From Bacteroidota bacterium (lineage in GTDB: Bacteria; Bacteroidota; Ignavibacteria; UBA10030; UBA6906), in NCBI GenBank assembly GCA_035516035.1, contig DATJAS010000006.1:8522-72521 (forward strand): 64,000 bases of DNA, written 5' to 3'. Within the stretch, counting starts at the first letter, position 1. Every line of letters starts with the position of its first letter. The notes beneath the pieces are model-generated. The model made no database searches. It had not been told where the DNA came from and worked only from the letters and a program-made list of their open reading frames with translations. Shown in pieces: positions 7,861 through 21,175 of this stretch. Made by a program: the position numbers and the translations under genes.

Positions 7861-10143
7861 CTAATACATTCCCGCTTCGACACGCTCCATTGAATTTCCG
7901 ATCGACTCCGTGTAGAGCCTCCCTACCTCAGCCACAGGCACGTCAATAACATCTCCTATCAGGAGCCTCATCCCTCCAACGCGCCCTATGACTGCGGCCT
8001 CGACGCCGTGTTTCTTCGCAATCTCCAGGACGCTGTGACCGTTGCCTGCAGATGCCGAGACAATTGCTCTCGACTGGTCTTCCCCGAACAGCAGGAAATC
8101 CCACCTCAGGCCATCTGCAACGATGTCGACCTCTGCACCGATCGGGTTCCTGCCGTCTCCGATACACGATTCAGCCAGCGCGACGGCAATGCCTCCCTCG
8201 GAGCAGTCATGCGCGCTCTGCAGGAGCCCGGAAGCCGAGGACTCGATCAGGACTTCATGCAGGCGCTTCTCACGCGCAAGGTCGAGCGGCGGAGCATCGC
8301 CTGCGGTGATACCATGCACGACGGCCAGGTATTCGCTCCCGCCGACATGCCCCTTGTTCACGCCCAGCTCGATAATCACGTCGCCCGCGTCCCGAAAACG
8401 GGATGTGACTGCGGCGGCGGCATCATCAATCAGCCCGAGCATTCCAATAACCGGCGTGGGAAATACCGAGGCGTTAGGGCTTTCATTATAAAAGCTTACG
8501 TTCCCGCCGGTGACAGGCGTGTTGAAGTAACGGCACGCCTCGCCGATCCCGGCGACGGCCTCTTTGAACTGCCAGTAGACCTCGGGTTTATACGGGTTGC
8601 CGAAGTTCAGGCAGTTCGTTATCGCAAGCGGCCTGGCTCCCGTGCAGGCAACGTTCCGAGCGGACTCGGCCACGGCGATCTTTCCCCCGAGTCTCGGGTT
8701 GAGATAGACATAGCGGCCATTGCAGTCCGTTTTGAGCGCAAGCCCCTTATGTGATTCTTTCAAAAGGACTACAGCAGCATCGCCTTCAGAAAGGACTATG
8801 TTGTTCGTCCTGACCATGCTGTCGTACTGCTCGTAGACCCACCGCTTGCTCGCGATATCGGGCGTGCCCATGAGCTGCTTGAGGACATCGCCCGGAGATG
8901 CGGGCAGCGGGAGGCTTCCAGCGTCGAATGCGCGAGTGCCGGCGAGATACGCGGGCTCGGCCGCCTCCCGGATGTACACGGGAGCACCCCCCCCGAGCAC
9001 AAGCGTCTCGGCCGGGATGTCCGCTACGGCTTTCCCCCTGTAGGAAATCTCCAGTCGCCCGGTCTCCGTCACCTCGCCGATAGTTTCCGCGTGTATGTCC
9101 CACTTGCTGAATATTTCCCTCACGGCCGCGGTCTTCCCGGGCTCGACCACCAGGAGCATCCGCTCCTGGGATTCGGAGAGCATGATCTCGTAGGCGCTCA
9201 TCCCTTCCTCGCGCGCGGGAACGAGGTCAAGGTCGATTCTCATCCCGCTTTTCCCCTTCGCGCTCATCTCCGAAGTCGAGCAGGTGATCCCCGCCGCCCC
9301 CATGTCCTGTATGCCGACGACGAGACCGGCCCGGATGGCCTCCAGCGAGGCCTCCAGCAGGAGTTTCTCCGTAAACGGATCCCCCACCTGGACTGACGGG
9401 CGCTTCGCCTCGGATGCCTCGGAGATTTCCTCGGAGGCGAACGTCGCGCCATGTATCCCGTCGCGTCCGGTGGAGGAGCCGACGATCATGACTGCGTTTC
9501 CTCGCCCCCTGGCCACCGCGCTTGCCCATTCTCCCACACGCACCACACCGACGGCCATTGCGTTGACGAGAGGGTTGTCCTGGTAGCAGGGGTCGAAGTA
9601 GACCTCGCCCGCGACCGTCGGCACGCCGAAACTGTTGCCGTAGTCCCCGATCCCCTTCACCACGCCCCTGAAGAGCGCGCGCGTCCTGGCGCTTGAAATG
9701 TCCCCGAACCTGAGCGAGTTCAGCCCCGCCACGGGGCGTGCTCCCATCGTGAATATGTCCCGCATGATCCCCCCGACACCCGTTGCCGCCCCCTGGTAGG
9801 GTTCAACAGCGGAGGGATGGTTGTGGCTCTCGATTTTAAACGCGACGGCGAGCCCGCCCCCGATATCGACAAGCCCGGCATTCTCCTCCCCCGCCCCGAC
9901 GAGCAGGCTCCCCCCTTCCCGCGGGAGCGTTTTGAGAACGGCAATGGAGTTCTTGTAGCTGCAATGCTCGCTCCACATCACGCTGTATATCCCAAGCTCC
10001 GTGTACGTCGGCGTCCTTCCGAGTATAGCGAGTATTCTCTCGAACTCTTCGGGCGTAAGCCCGTGTTTCAGCGCGAGCTCGCGCGTGACAACCGGCTCGG
10101 CACCATCGCCGGGGGCCGGCTTATTTCCATGAGTATGTGACAT
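7861..10143 (-). CDS. purL: Phosphoribosylformylglycinamidine synthase subunit PurL (small, split type)
   Basis: [42 protein letters not shown] and other PurL hallmarks. Start moved to ATG 10143 (MSHTHGNK...). The track's upstream 101 codons are Arg/Ser-rich junk that overlaps the FadL-like gene. Confidence 0.9.
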   Translation of the reverse strand: MSHTHGNKPAPGDGAEPVVTRELALKHGLTPEEFERILAILGRTPTYTELGIYSVMWSEHCSYKNSIAVLKTLPREGGSLLVGAGEENAGLVDIGGGLAVAFKIESHNHPSAVEPYQGAATGVGGIMRDIFTMGARPVAGLNSLRFGDISSARTRALFRGVVKGIGDYGNSFGVPTVAGEVYFDPCYQDNPLVNAMAVGVVRVGEWASAVARGRGNAVMIVGSSTGRDGIHGATFASEEISEASEAKRPSVQVGDPFTEKLLLEASLEAIRAGLVVGIQDMGAAGITCSTSEMSAKGKSGMRIDLDLVPAREEGMSAYEIMLSESQERMLLVVEPGKTAAVREIFSKWDIHAETIGEVTETGRLEISYRGKAVADIPAETLVLGGGAPVYIREAAEPAYLAGTRAFDAGSLPLPASPGDVLKQLMGTPDIASKRWVYEQYDSMVRTNNIVLSEGDAAVVLLKESHKGLALKTDCNGRYVYLNPRLGGKIAVAESARNVACTGARPLAITNCLNFGNPYKPEVYWQFKEAVAGIGEACRYFNTPVTGGNVSFYNESPNASVFPTPVIGMLGLIDDAAAAVTSRFRDAGDVIIELGVNKGHVGGSEYLAVVHGITAGDAPPLDLAREKRLHEVLIESSASGLLQSAHDCSEGGIAVALAESCIGDGRNPIGAEVDIVADGLRWDFLLFGEDQSRAIVSASAGNGHSVLEIAKKHGVEAAVIGRVGGMRLLIGDVIDVPVAEVGRLYTESIGNSMERVEAGMY

Positions 10144-11413
10144 TGATCGCCAGTGAAGCCGTGTGTGATGAGTAGATTCCGTCAAACCCCCCGCTGAAGG
10201 GACCGGGAGCAAGCGCCGAACCTGTGATGTTCCTGTCATTGTACTGCATGACCGCATAAGCAAAGTCGAGCACAAGCCCCTCGCCCGCACGATATCCCAG
10301 ACCCAGCGCGTACCCCGTGCCGTCGGCATCAGGAAGCCCGGGGGAGAGCGTCGCGTCAGGCACGGGGCTCCTCTCGAACCGGATCCCGCCCCGCACCGAG
10401 AAATCCGCAAACGCAAGCTCGAGGCCGAAACGGGTGTTGAGGACATTCGTCCAATTCAGATCATACATAACGCCCTGGCGCACGGGATTTGAATACGTTA
10501 TCTGGACTGAATGAAACTCCGACCAGAAGCTGTATTCCGCGTCTGCCGACAACGAGAGCCACAGGAGCGGGTGAAGCGACGCCGATGCGAGCAGCTGGTT
10601 CGGGAGCGCGAGGCTCGTCGAGAACCTCCCTTCCGTATACGAGCCGGCAAGCTGCGCGGGGATGTCGCTGTAACGGACGCGCCCGTCGTCAATGGGGAGA
10701 TTGATATGGCTCCGGTATGATGCTCCGAGTGAGAGGAGTTCTCCCGCCCTGTAAAACACGCCGGCGGTCACGCCGTAACAGACGTTGCCGCTCCCGTCAT
10801 GCGTCACGTCGCCGTCCATCAGGGCGCTCGTATCACCCGGAAGCGCGAACCGCTGTTCGTACAATATCCGGGGAAGCGCAAGATCAATACCGATCCCCGC
10901 GGAAAAATCGTCGGAAAACTTCATGCTGACGCCTGGAGTCACCATCGCGACTCTCAGGTCCGACTTGGTCGCCAGGCGCCGCCCCACCCAGTCCTGGTCC
11001 CATTCGGTCTGGATCTGGTACGGTACCGTGACGCTCAGGCCCGCGCCGAACCCTCCCTCCGTCGTATACGTCACGCATATGCTCGGGGGGAAAAGGACCT
11101 GCGCCTGCATCTTCGTCTCGGTCGTCGAGGGGGAGACGCCGTAAAAGCGCTCGTCGGGGACGATCACTGTCGCCCCCAGCGAGAATATGGGGCCCTCAAG
11201 GAACGAGAGTATTGCGGGGTTGGCGTGCATCGCCGTCGGATCTCCCGTCATTGCTCCCACCGCTCCGCCGATCCCCATCGCACGCGCCGACTGGTCCGTG
11301 AGCTGAAACCCCCCGGCCCAGGCAACCGACGCGCAGAAAGACCAAATGACAATAGTCAATAGCCACTTGACTATAGTCGGAGCATTCTCAATTGTCAATC
11401 GTACATTCTTCAT
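10121..11413 (-). CDS. Outer-membrane transport protein, FadL/OMPP1/TodX family
   Basis: Signal peptide, then [18 protein letters not shown], alternating beta-strand pattern, and an aromatic C-terminus (TYSWK). Confidence 0.7.
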   Translation of the reverse strand: MKNVRLTIENAPTIVKWLLTIVIWSFCASVAWAGGFQLTDQSARAMGIGGAVGAMTGDPTAMHANPAILSFLEGPIFSLGATVIVPDERFYGVSPSTTETKMQAQVLFPPSICVTYTTEGGFGAGLSVTVPYQIQTEWDQDWVGRRLATKSDLRVAMVTPGVSMKFSDDFSAGIGIDLALPRILYEQRFALPGDTSALMDGDVTHDGSGNVCYGVTAGVFYRAGELLSLGASYRSHINLPIDDGRVRYSDIPAQLAGSYTEGRFSTSLALPNQLLASASLHPLLWLSLSADAEYSFWSEFHSVQITYSNPVRQGVMYDLNWTNVLNTRFGLELAFADFSVRGGIRFERSPVPDATLSPGLPDADGTGYALGLGYRAGEGLVLDFAYAVMQYNDRNITGSALAPGPFSGGFDGIYSSHTASLAINVTYSWK

Positions 11414-11897
11414 TCTAACCTGATGAGTAACTCTCCTTTTTCAACGGGCTTACCGATCTTTGCATGAATCTCTTTCACGCACCCTTCACCGGGCGAGACG
11501 AGCTCGTTCTCCATCTTCATCGCCTCCAGCACGATGAGCGGCTGGGAGCGGCGAACCTGGTCGCCCACCGCCACGTCGATCCTGACCACCATCGCCGGCA
11601 TTGGCGCGTGGAGCTCCAGGCGCGTCCCTCCCGACATCGTGCTCCGACCGTACCTGCGGAGCAGACGTTCCCGCTCCGTTTCCACATCAACTGTCCGGTG
11701 AAATCCTCCGGCGATCGCGCCGAACGCACTCCCGTCCCCGGCAGCGGCGACCCTCACCTGCCTGTTTCCTGCAATGACTGAGAATTCCGTCCCGGAAAGC
11801 CTCCGCACGCTGCAGGGGCGCCCGTCGACGGTCACCTCGCCGTCGGGCCCGAGCCGTACGGTCAGTTCCCGCCCCCCCGAGCTGACGAAAAACGTCT

Positions 11898-11901
<4 letters not shown>
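11410..11901 (-). CDS. Biotin carboxyl carrier / biotin-lipoyl attachment protein
   Basis: Biotinylation motif EAMKMENE near the C-terminus. Start at ATG 11901 (MKTFFVSSGG) forms an ATGA overlap with the accC-like stop. Confidence 0.8.
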
Positions 11902-13396
<1,495 letters not shown>

Positions 13397-13397
<1 letters not shown>

Positions 13398-15772
13398 CAC
13401 TCCCCCTTCAGCTCGACCACGGTCGCTCCCATCCCTCCCTCGTTCCATTCACCGGGCCTGAACGCACTGACCCTGGGGTGGGAGGAGAGGAACTCGGTGA
13501 CCTTTTTCCTGAGCGCCCCCGTCCCCTTGCCGTGGATGATGTCGATCCTCCCGAGTCCCGCGAGCACTGCATCGTCGATGAACTTGTCGACGAGGGGGAG
13601 CGCCTCCTCTCCCGTCATTCCCCGGATATCGAGATCCGTCTGCACTGCGCGGGGCTTTTCAGCGCGCATGTCTGCAGGCGCCCGCACCGCTGCGAGGGGG
13701 CGATTGCGCGTGGCGCGCAGGTTGGCCGATGGCACGCGCATCCGCACGGCCCCGAAGACCACGGTGGCGGTCTTCCCGTCCGGGGAGAGTTCCAGGACCT
13801 CCCCTGCGTCGCTCCCCCCCTCCATCGTCACGTGGCTCCCCGGGGCGATCGCGCCGGGCCCGGGCTCGCGAGGCCCCTCCGGCTCCGCCTCGCGGCGCAC
13901 AGAGGCGATTTCCTCCTGGAGCCTCACCACGTCCGCGCGCGCCCGGCGGATTGCGTCTTTTTCAGCATTCGTCTCGCGTATCTCCCTCACGCTCCGCTCG
14001 ATGGCGGCGTTAGCCTCGGCGATGATCCGCGCCGCCTCATCCGCGGCCTTCCGCCTGGTCTCGCGCGCTTCCCCAGTCAGCTTCGAGAGCTTCTCCCTGT
14101 ACTCCCGCGCAAGATCCTCCCCCGATCGCCGGGCCTCCTCCGCGAGGGCAAGCTCCGCGCGCGCCCTCTGCGTCGCCTCCTCCAGTTCGATGATCAGCGT
14201 CTCCAGCTTCGCGTGCTCGCCGCCCAGCCTCTCCCTCGCCCGGCGCATGATGTCCGGGGCAAATCCGAGCCGCGACGCCATCTCCAGCGCGTAGCTGCTC
14301 CCGGGAACACCGGGGCGGAACCTGTAGGTGGGCGTGAGCGTCCCGAGGTCAAACTCCATCGCCCCGTTTGACACGCCCTGGGTTTCGTGCGCGAACACTT
14401 TCAGCGCGCCCTGGTGCGTCGTGGCGATCGTGACCGCGCCTCGCCGGGTCAGCTCCTCCAGGAGCGACGCGGCGATCGCCCCTCCCTCCGAGGGGTCTGT
14501 CCCGGCGCCGATTTCGTCGATCAGGACGAGACTCCGGCTGTCCGCACCCGAGGCGATCTCTTTGAGCGAGGCGAGGTGCGAGCTGAACGTGCTCAGGTCG
14601 TTTTCGATCGATTGCTCGTCGCCGATGTCGACGTAGCAGGAACGGAACATGCGGAGCCTCGTCCCGTGGCCCGCCGGGACATGGAGCCCGCTTTGCGCCA
14701 TGGCGACCAGGAGTCCCACCGTCTTCATGGCAACGCTCTTCCCCCCGGCGTTCGGACCGCTGATCAGGAGCGTCGTCTGCTCTCCCCCGACATCCAGATC
14801 AAGGGGAACCGTGCGGTCGTAGCCGTGCGTCTGGAGAAGGAGGGGGTGGCGTCCCCCCCTGACCGTGAGCGCGCCCTCGTCGCACAGCTCGGGCTCGACG
14901 CCAAGAACCTCGATGGAGTACTTCGCCCGCGCCTGCAGGTCGTCCAGGGCGGCGAGGATGTCCAGGTCGGCGGCCAGGTCGGCCCGCGCCGCTCCCACCT
15001 GCGACGTCAGCTCCCTGAGTATCCGTTCAATTTCCCGCTGCTCCTGGAACTGCAGGCTCCTGATCTCGTTGTTCAGCTCCAGCGTCTCCGTCGGCTCGAT
15101 GAAGACCGTGGCGCCGCTGGCCGAGGCGCTGTGGATGAACCCCGGCACGCGGTGCTTGTGCTCGGACTTCACCGGGATCACCATCCGGCCTTCGCGTGTG
15201 GTGATGATATCGTCCTGGCTGAACCCCAGCTCGGCAACGCTGCGGAGAATGCCCGCGAGCCGGCGCCGCAGGTCATCGTACCTGTCCGCGATCGACCGGC
15301 GCACGGCCAGGAGCTCGCGCGAGGCGTCGGGGCGGATCCCACCCCCCTCGTCGACGGCGTGGTCGATGTTGAACTCCAGGATCTTGTCGGAGCGCAGGGG
15401 TTCGGCAAGCTGCCAGATGAGGGGGAACTCCTCCCTGCGCCGGGAGGCAAACGCGCGGGAGAGGCGTGCCGCCTTCAGAAGGAGCGAGACGTGGAGGAGC
15501 TCCCTCGGGAGGAGCGTCATCCCTTCGACGGCGGTCTTCCCCAGTGCTTCACCGAGCGGATGGATCCCCTCCAGGGGGAGCGGCGAATCCTGCTCCAGCA
15601 GCCGCTTCATCTCCGACACGCGGGCGAGCGCGCCGGCGATGTCGGCGCGCGAGGTCATGACGGACATTGACGCGAGCGACGCCCGCCCGGGATCGGAGCC
15701 CGCGTACCTGAGGAGGCGCTGGCGGACCTTGTCGAACTCGAGTTTCCTGAGGGCGTTCTCCCACCGGCTCAT
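13397..15772 (-). CDS. mutS2: Endonuclease MutS2
   Basis: Walker A GPNAGGKS, DEIGAGTDP, and a C-terminal Smr domain (DLDIRGMTGEEA ... IIHGKGTGALR). Confidence 0.9.
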
Positions 15773-16329
15773 GGGTTCCGGGGCGCCTCCGGGGGCTTCG
15801 CGAAGATGTCGAGGTCCCTGAACTTATCCTGGACCTGCTTCTTGAATTCCGCGGCGCCGGGGAGATAGGACTGGAGCAGCTCGAACGTTTTCGGGACGAA
15901 GTTGGCCAGGGGTTTGTACAGGAGCGACGCCTGCCGGTCATCCGCGTCCGGCGTGTCGATCACCTTGAGGCCGATCAGGATGAAGCTGATCACCATGGCT
16001 CCTTCCAGCACGCCGAGGAAGAGCCCGATCGTGTTCCCCGTCGTCTTCGCCCCGCCCGTCTTGCCGAACCGCCTGTAGAGGAGGAGAGCGGGGATCATGA
16101 TGGCCAGCATGACCAGGGCAAACCCGACGGCGTACGCCGCCGTCTCGCCCAGCACGCCCGCGTCCGAAAAGAAATGTCCCACCGGCGTCATGAGCTTGGA
16201 CGCCACGATCACGGCAAGGATGAGTATCAGGATGTTGTACAGCTTCTTCGCCAGGCCCCCCCGGTAGCCCAGGAACCCCCCGAGGCAGAGCCCGGCGATA
16301 AGAAATATGTCCAGGTAGGAGAATTTCAT
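15769..16329 (-). CDS. cvpA: CvpA-family membrane protein
   Basis: MKFSYLDIFLIAGLCLGGFLGYRGGL with four TM segments. ATGA overlaps on both sides. Confidence 0.75.
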   Translation of the reverse strand: MKFSYLDIFLIAGLCLGGFLGYRGGLAKKLYNILILILAVIVASKLMTPVGHFFSDAGVLGETAAYAVGFALVMLAIMIPALLLYRRFGKTGGAKTTGNTIGLFLGVLEGAMVISFILIGLKVIDTPDADDRQASLLYKPLANFVPKTFELLQSYLPGAAEFKKQVQDKFRDLDIFAKPPEAPRNP

Positions 16330-16787
16330 ACCGGGGCGCCGAGGGCTTTCCTGACGAGCTCCTGCACCACACGCCCGTCCGCTTTCCCCTTCACCTCCTT
16401 CATCACCAGGGGCATGACCTTCCCGAAGTCGCCGGGCGCCGCCGCTCCCGTCGAGGCGATGACCGCGGCGATCACTGCGGCAACGTCTTCGGCGCTCATC
16501 TGCTTCGGGAGGTATTCCTGTATGATCGCAAGCTCCGCCTGCTCCTGCGCCGCAAGCTCCGGCCTCCCCCCTTTCGTGAAGAGCTCGATCGACTCCTTCC
16601 GTTTTTTCGCCGCCGAGAGGAGCGCGGCGACCTCGTCCTCCCCGGTGATCCCGCCGGCCGTCACCCGTTTCTCGATTTCCTTCTCCAGCAGGGCGGCCCG
16701 CATCGTGCGGAGCGTTTCGAGCCGAGTCCTGTCACCCGCCTTCATCGCCGCTTTGAGGTCCTCGCCGATCCGCTCCCTGAGCGTCAT
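16326..16787 (-). CDS. yqeY: GatB/YqeY domain protein
   Basis: MTLRERIGEDLKAAMKAGDRTRLETLRTMRAALLEKE is typical of YqeY. Start moved to ATG 16787. Confidence 0.8.
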   Translation of the reverse strand: MTLRERIGEDLKAAMKAGDRTRLETLRTMRAALLEKEIEKRVTAGGITGEDEVAALLSAAKKRKESIELFTKGGRPELAAQEQAELAIIQEYLPKQMSAEDVAAVIAAVIASTGAAAPGDFGKVMPLVMKEVKGKADGRVVQELVRKALGAPV

Positions 16788-16816
16788 GCAGCTTCCTGAT
16801 GGTGGGAATAAACGAC

Positions 16817-16852
16817 AAAAGGCAGGAACAGCGTGGTGCGCTCCTGCCTTTT
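16817..16852 (-). terminator. Intrinsic terminator (11-bp perfect stem) after the SDR gene
   Basis: AAAAGGCAGGA (16817-16827) pairs with TCCTGCCTTTT (16842-16852). The A/T runs on both sides would make it bidirectional. Confidence 0.6.
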
Positions 16853-16907
16853 CGAACGACACAGCTGTGCCTGTACGCTCAAAACATAGCCACTTTCCCC
16901 CTGAAAG

Positions 16908-17609
16908 TCAAACCCCGCCGTACGCCTTTACCACCGTGCCGCTCACCGAGCGCGCGTCGGCGGAGCAGAGAAAGAGGATGATCGCGGCGATCTCCTCCGG
17001 CGTCACCCAGCGCGCAACGTCGGCCGAGGGCATCGACGCGCGATTGGCGGGCGTGACGATGATGCCCGGTGCGATCGCGTTTGCCGTGATGCCTGTCCCC
17101 TTCGTCTCCAGGGCAATCGTCTCCGTGAGCGTGACGACGCCCCGCTTGGCGATCGCATACGCCCCCCGTTTCGGCTGAGGATCGAGTGCGGCCATGGCCG
17201 CGATCGAGACGATGCGCCCCGAAGCGCGCCGCCGCATGGCCGGAAGCACTGCGCCCGACATGTAAAATGCCGTCCGCAGGTTTGCAGAGAGCATCTCCTC
17301 GAACGTCTCCCCGGTCAGCTCCCCGATCGCCTCCCCTCCCGCGTACGCGCCCGCGCCGTTCACGAGTATCCCCGCGTCACCCCACCGCTCGCCGAGCGCG
17401 CGCACGAATGCGCGAGACCCTTCCTCCGTGTCAATTGCCGCTTCCGCCGTGAACACCATCCCGGGAGGCGTCCCGCCCGGGAGCCGGGGAGCGTGCCCCC
17501 CGGGTCTCAGGGGAATTGCCACGCGAACGCCCGTGTTGAGAAATGCGGAGCATATGACGCTCCCCAGTGCACCCGTCCCCCCGGTGACGATTGCAAGTGG
17601 TCCTTCCAT
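16908..17609 (-). CDS. SDR-family oxidoreductase
   Basis: N-terminal TGGTGALG cofactor motif, with the size and pattern of classical short-chain dehydrogenases. Confidence 0.8.
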   Translation of the reverse strand: MEGPLAIVTGGTGALGSVICSAFLNTGVRVAIPLRPGGHAPRLPGGTPPGMVFTAEAAIDTEEGSRAFVRALGERWGDAGILVNGAGAYAGGEAIGELTGETFEEMLSANLRTAFYMSGAVLPAMRRRASGRIVSIAAMAALDPQPKRGAYAIAKRGVVTLTETIALETKGTGITANAIAPGIIVTPANRASMPSADVARWVTPEEIAAIILFLCSADARSVSGTVVKAYGGV

Positions 17610-17693
17610 GCAGGCTCCTTTCCCGGCACGCGCTTCAGGCCGCGGCAGCCAATGTAGACGGGAGAACCCCGAGAAGCAAGGAGAATCGGCTTC

Positions 17694-17722
17694 TTGAACT
17701 TTGTCCTAATTCACGATATATT
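17694..17722 (+). promoter_or_regulatory. Candidate sigma70-type promoter (TTGAAC-N17-TATATT) for the peroxiredoxin gene
   Basis: Hexamers at 17694-17699 and 17717-17722. GGAAGGA RBS lies before ATG 17750. Confidence 0.4.
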
Positions 17723-17749
17723 CAGTACTTATCGGAAGGAACGAAAGCG

Positions 17750-18286
17750 ATGAAGAGATGGAAGACTCTGCTCGCGGTCTCCTTTTTGCTGCCGCTGGCC
17801 GCCTCCGCCGGGGAGAAACTCCGCGTCGGCGACGCGGCCCCGGATTTCACGCTCCCCGCGGCAACGCAGGATACGATCGAATTTCACGGCATACGCCTCT
17901 CGGGCGTGGTCGGGAAGCAGGAGATCATACTCGCCTTCTACCCCGCGGACTGGAGCGGGGGCTGCACGAAGGAGATGTGCACGATGAGGGATAACTTCCG
18001 CGACCTCGGCTCGCTCGGCGCCACGGTCTTCGGCATCAGCGGCGACTATGTCTTCTCGCACCGCCAGTGGGCAAAGGCCCTGGGGCTCCCCTTCACGCTC
18101 CTCTCCGACCATGACCATCACGTCGCGCGGGCGTACGCAAGCTACAACGAACAGTCGGGGTTCAACCAGAGAACAGTCTACGTCATCGACAGAGCGGGGA
18201 AGATCGCCTACATCGATCCCGCGTACGTCGCCGGGTCCGAGGATTCGTTCGCAAAGCTCAAGAGCGCACTCTCGGCGCTCCACTGA
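17750..18286 (+). CDS. Secreted peroxiredoxin (AhpC/TSA, BCP-like)
   Basis: Signal peptide MKRWKTLLAVSFLLPLAASA, then VGDAAPDFTLP and a peroxidatic Cys in WSGGCTKEMC. Start moved from 17591 to 17750. Confidence 0.8.
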   Translation: MKRWKTLLAVSFLLPLAASAGEKLRVGDAAPDFTLPAATQDTIEFHGIRLSGVVGKQEIILAFYPADWSGGCTKEMCTMRDNFRDLGSLGATVFGISGDYVFSHRQWAKALGLPFTLLSDHDHHVARAYASYNEQSGFNQRTVYVIDRAGKIAYIDPAYVAGSEDSFAKLKSALSALH

Positions 18287-18304
18287 CCAGAGGCCACACC
18301 AGCC

Positions 18305-20122
18305 ATGCCCGCACGCACCCACTTCACGCTCGCGCTCCTCGTTCTTCTCGCGTCCCCCCTCCCGGCACAACAGGGGGAATCCGCCATTGCTGCATCAGAC
18401 ATCCGGGCCCACATCCGCTATCTTGCCTCCGACGAGCTCGCCGGCCGTGCCACGGGATCGCCGGGCAACGTCATGGCCGCCGCATACATCGCGCGGCTGC
18501 TCGGGGAGTGGCAACTGGAGCCCATGGGTGACAGCGGAACGTACTACCAGCATTTCACGGTCGTGACGGGTGTCCGCGCAGGCGGGGGCAACGCGCTCCG
18601 GGCCGAGGGACGGGCGCTCCCCGGCGGGACGATCGTCGGAACGACAAACGTCGATTTCACGCCCCTCGGCTTCTCCACGGAAGCCACGGTGTCGGGGGGC
18701 CTCGTCCTCGCCGGGTACGGGATCACCTCCGCGGATTCGGCATACGACGACTACCGGAACCTCGACTGCAGCGGGCGCATCGTGATCGTGCTGCGCTACA
18801 GCCCCGACGGGAGCGACCCGCACGGGGCGCTCTCCCGCTACAGCGCGTTTCAGACAAAGACGCGCACGGCGAGGGAGCGGGGCGCCGCGGGGCTCATCGT
18901 CGTCACCGGGCCCGCCGACGAGTCGGAGGACCGGCTGATGCCCCTCCGGTATGACCAGGGATTCCCGAACGGGGGCATCCCCTGCATCACCGTCCGCCGC
19001 GAGTTCGCCGACAGGCTCATCGCCGCCGCCGGCTGGACGATCGGGGCCGTGCAGGACTCGATCAGGCGGCGCAGTGCGCCGGTCGCCTTCGCCGTGCCGG
19101 GCGTGACCGTCACGCTCACGACGGACCTCGCACGGATCACGGAACGGACGGCAAACGTGATCGCGCGGCTTCGCCCGGCCGACCCGGCAATGGAAGACCA
19201 GGCACTCGTCATCGGCGCGCACTTCGACCACCTCGGCATGGGGGGAGAGGGCTCCGGCTCGCTGCAGCCCGACACGGTGGCGATCCACCACGGTGCCGAC
19301 GACAACGCCTCGGGAACAGCCGGGCTCCTGGAACTGGCCAGGGCGTTTGCCGGTGAGCGCGCCTCGCTCGGCCGCTCGCTCGTCTTCGCTTTTTTCTCCG
19401 GCGAGGAGCTCGGCACGCTCGGTTCCGCCTACTATGTCAGCCACCCGGCGGTCCCGCTCGACCGCACCGTGGCGATGCTCAACATGGACATGGTCGGCCG
19501 GCTCACCGGGAAGGCGCTGACGGTGAACGGGACGGGTACGTCCCCCGCCTGGGAGGGAGTCCTGGACCGGGAGAACGCCGATTCGTCGCTCTCTCTCACG
19601 CGCGTGCCTGACGGGTACGGGCCCAGCGACCACGCGCAGTTCTACGGGAAGGACGTCCCCGTCCTCTTCTTCTTCACAGGGACGCACGCGGACTACCACA
19701 GGCCTTCCGACACGTGGGACAAGATCAACTATCCGGGCGAGGAGAAGGTGGTCCGGTTCGTCTACCGGGTCGCGCTCGACATCGACCGCGCCCGGTCGCG
19801 CCCCCCGTTCACGCGCGCCGCCGCCGCGCAGAGCCCGGGCGGGGACGCGCGCGCATTCCGCACGACGCTGGGGATCATCCCCGAATACAGTTTCAGCGGC
19901 AACGGGATGAAGATCGGCGTGGTGCGGCCGGGGGGACCCGCAGAGAAGGCGGGGTTGAAGCCGGGTGACGTCATCGTGCGCATGGCAGGGCGGACGATCG
20001 TCAACATCTATGACTACATGGAGATGCTGGGGAAGCTCAAGGGGGGTGACAGGGCGGATCTGGTAGTCATGCGGGACGGACGCGAAGTCCTCTGTACGGC
20101 CGAGATGGCGGGGCGGAAATGA
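18305..20122 (+). CDS. M28-family aminopeptidase with PA and C-terminal PDZ domains
   Basis: Signal peptide, M28 zinc-ligand context (GAHFDHLG, GADDNASG, FSGEELGTLGS, SDH), and a PDZ-like tail (GGPAEKAGLKPGDVIV). Confidence 0.8.
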   Translation: MPARTHFTLALLVLLASPLPAQQGESAIAASDIRAHIRYLASDELAGRATGSPGNVMAAAYIARLLGEWQLEPMGDSGTYYQHFTVVTGVRAGGGNALRAEGRALPGGTIVGTTNVDFTPLGFSTEATVSGGLVLAGYGITSADSAYDDYRNLDCSGRIVIVLRYSPDGSDPHGALSRYSAFQTKTRTARERGAAGLIVVTGPADESEDRLMPLRYDQGFPNGGIPCITVRREFADRLIAAAGWTIGAVQDSIRRRSAPVAFAVPGVTVTLTTDLARITERTANVIARLRPADPAMEDQALVIGAHFDHLGMGGEGSGSLQPDTVAIHHGADDNASGTAGLLELARAFAGERASLGRSLVFAFFSGEELGTLGSAYYVSHPAVPLDRTVAMLNMDMVGRLTGKALTVNGTGTSPAWEGVLDRENADSSLSLTRVPDGYGPSDHAQFYGKDVPVLFFFTGTHADYHRPSDTWDKINYPGEEKVVRFVYRVALDIDRARSRPPFTRAAAAQSPGGDARAFRTTLGIIPEYSFSGNGMKIGVVRPGGPAEKAGLKPGDVIVRMAGRTIVNIYDYMEMLGKLKGGDRADLVVMRDGREVLCTAEMAGRK

Positions 20123-20140
20123 CGCCTCCCCGCCGCCGCG

Positions 20141-20329
20141 TCACTTGGGCCGTGTCCTGACGAGCGCGCGGGTCTCCCTGATGAACGCTTCGGCAAGCCG
20201 CACGCGGGCTTCCTCGCTCCTCGCGGCGAGCATATCCTCGCGCCGGGCGCGTATGACGTCTCTGAGCGCCTCCCTGTCGCGCTCGGGGAGCCCCGCGGTG
20301 AACGCATCGAACATGTCCTGTGCCGCCAT
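20141..20329 (-). CDS. Small helical hypothetical protein (62 aa)
   Basis: Plausible charged-helix composition in the same strand run as its neighbours. No recognisable motif. Confidence 0.35.
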   Translation of the reverse strand: MAAQDMFDAFTAGLPERDREALRDVIRARREDMLAARSEEARVRLAEAFIRETRALVRTRPK

Positions 20330-20350
20330 GACCTCTTCTCCGGTACGGAA

Positions 20351-20833
20351 TTATTTCTGGTAGCGCCAGCCGGTTTCGCGGAGCGTCAGGACATCCTCCC
20401 CCTCCCGGTGCAGCACCGCCTCCACCACCCTGCCGACGAGGAGCACGTGATCCGGCACGTCCATCGCATGAAGAACGCTGCAGGCGATTGACGCGATCGC
20501 CTCCGTGAGAAACGGCGCGCCGTTCCCGGCCCGCACGTAGGGCCTCCCCCCGATCGTGGTACCGGCTGCTTCCGGGGACTTCAGGAACGCCTTTGCTGTT
20601 TCCCGCGCCCCCTTCGGCAGCAGGTTCACGGAGAAGACGCCCGATGCGCCGATGCATGCCCGCATGCGGGAGTCCGCCTCGACCGCCATCGCCACGCACG
20701 GGGGATCGAACGACACCTGCGTGAGCCAGTTGGCCACCATGGCCATCGGGACGTCCCCGTTGAGCGAACCGACCACGTAGAGTCCGTACGGGATCAGCTC
20801 CAGCACGCGCGCCGGGGAAGCTCCCTCCGTCAC
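20351..20833 (-). CDS. Flavin reductase-like domain protein
   Basis: LIPYGLYVVGS...AMVANWLTQVSFDPPCVAMAVE is typical of the flavin reductase family. Start set at GTG 20833, which forms a GTGA overlap with the DUF971 stop. Confidence 0.7.
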   Translation of the reverse strand: MTEGASPARVLELIPYGLYVVGSLNGDVPMAMVANWLTQVSFDPPCVAMAVEADSRMRACIGASGVFSVNLLPKGARETAKAFLKSPEAAGTTIGGRPYVRAGNGAPFLTEAIASIACSVLHAMDVPDHVLLVGRVVEAVLHREGEDVLTLRETGWRYQK

Positions 20834-21162
20834 GCGGCGCCCCGCGCCGCGGCGCACGCGTCGCACTCGCACAGCGAGCGGAGGTGCTCCCACGTGTAGA
20901 TCCCCTCGCCGTGACCGTCCCCCCAGCGGAACTGCATGCCGTAATTTCCCACGGCCGCGGCCCCCGCAAGCACGTAGCGCCCGGGCGCCGCGGCGTCCCG
21001 TGCGGGCGGCGCGTATGTCCTGAGCAGCACGGTCTCACCCATACAGCCTGCGCACGGGCAGGCGTCGCGGAGCGAGCGGAGCGCGACGGGTCCCTGGTGG
21101 CCGTCGTCCCAAGTCAGGAGGACCGTCCCACCCGGCAGCTGTTTGAACTGCGTCAGGCGCAC
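20830..21162 (-). CDS. DUF971 (gamma-butyrobetaine hydroxylase N-terminal-like) protein
   Basis: LTWDDGHQGPVALRSLRDACPCAGC ... IYTWEHLRSLC pattern. Confidence 0.65.
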   Translation of the reverse strand: MRLTQFKQLPGGTVLLTWDDGHQGPVALRSLRDACPCAGCMGETVLLRTYAPPARDAAAPGRYVLAGAAAVGNYGMQFRWGDGHGEGIYTWEHLRSLCECDACAAARGAA

Positions 21163-21175
21163 ACGGAGCTCCCCC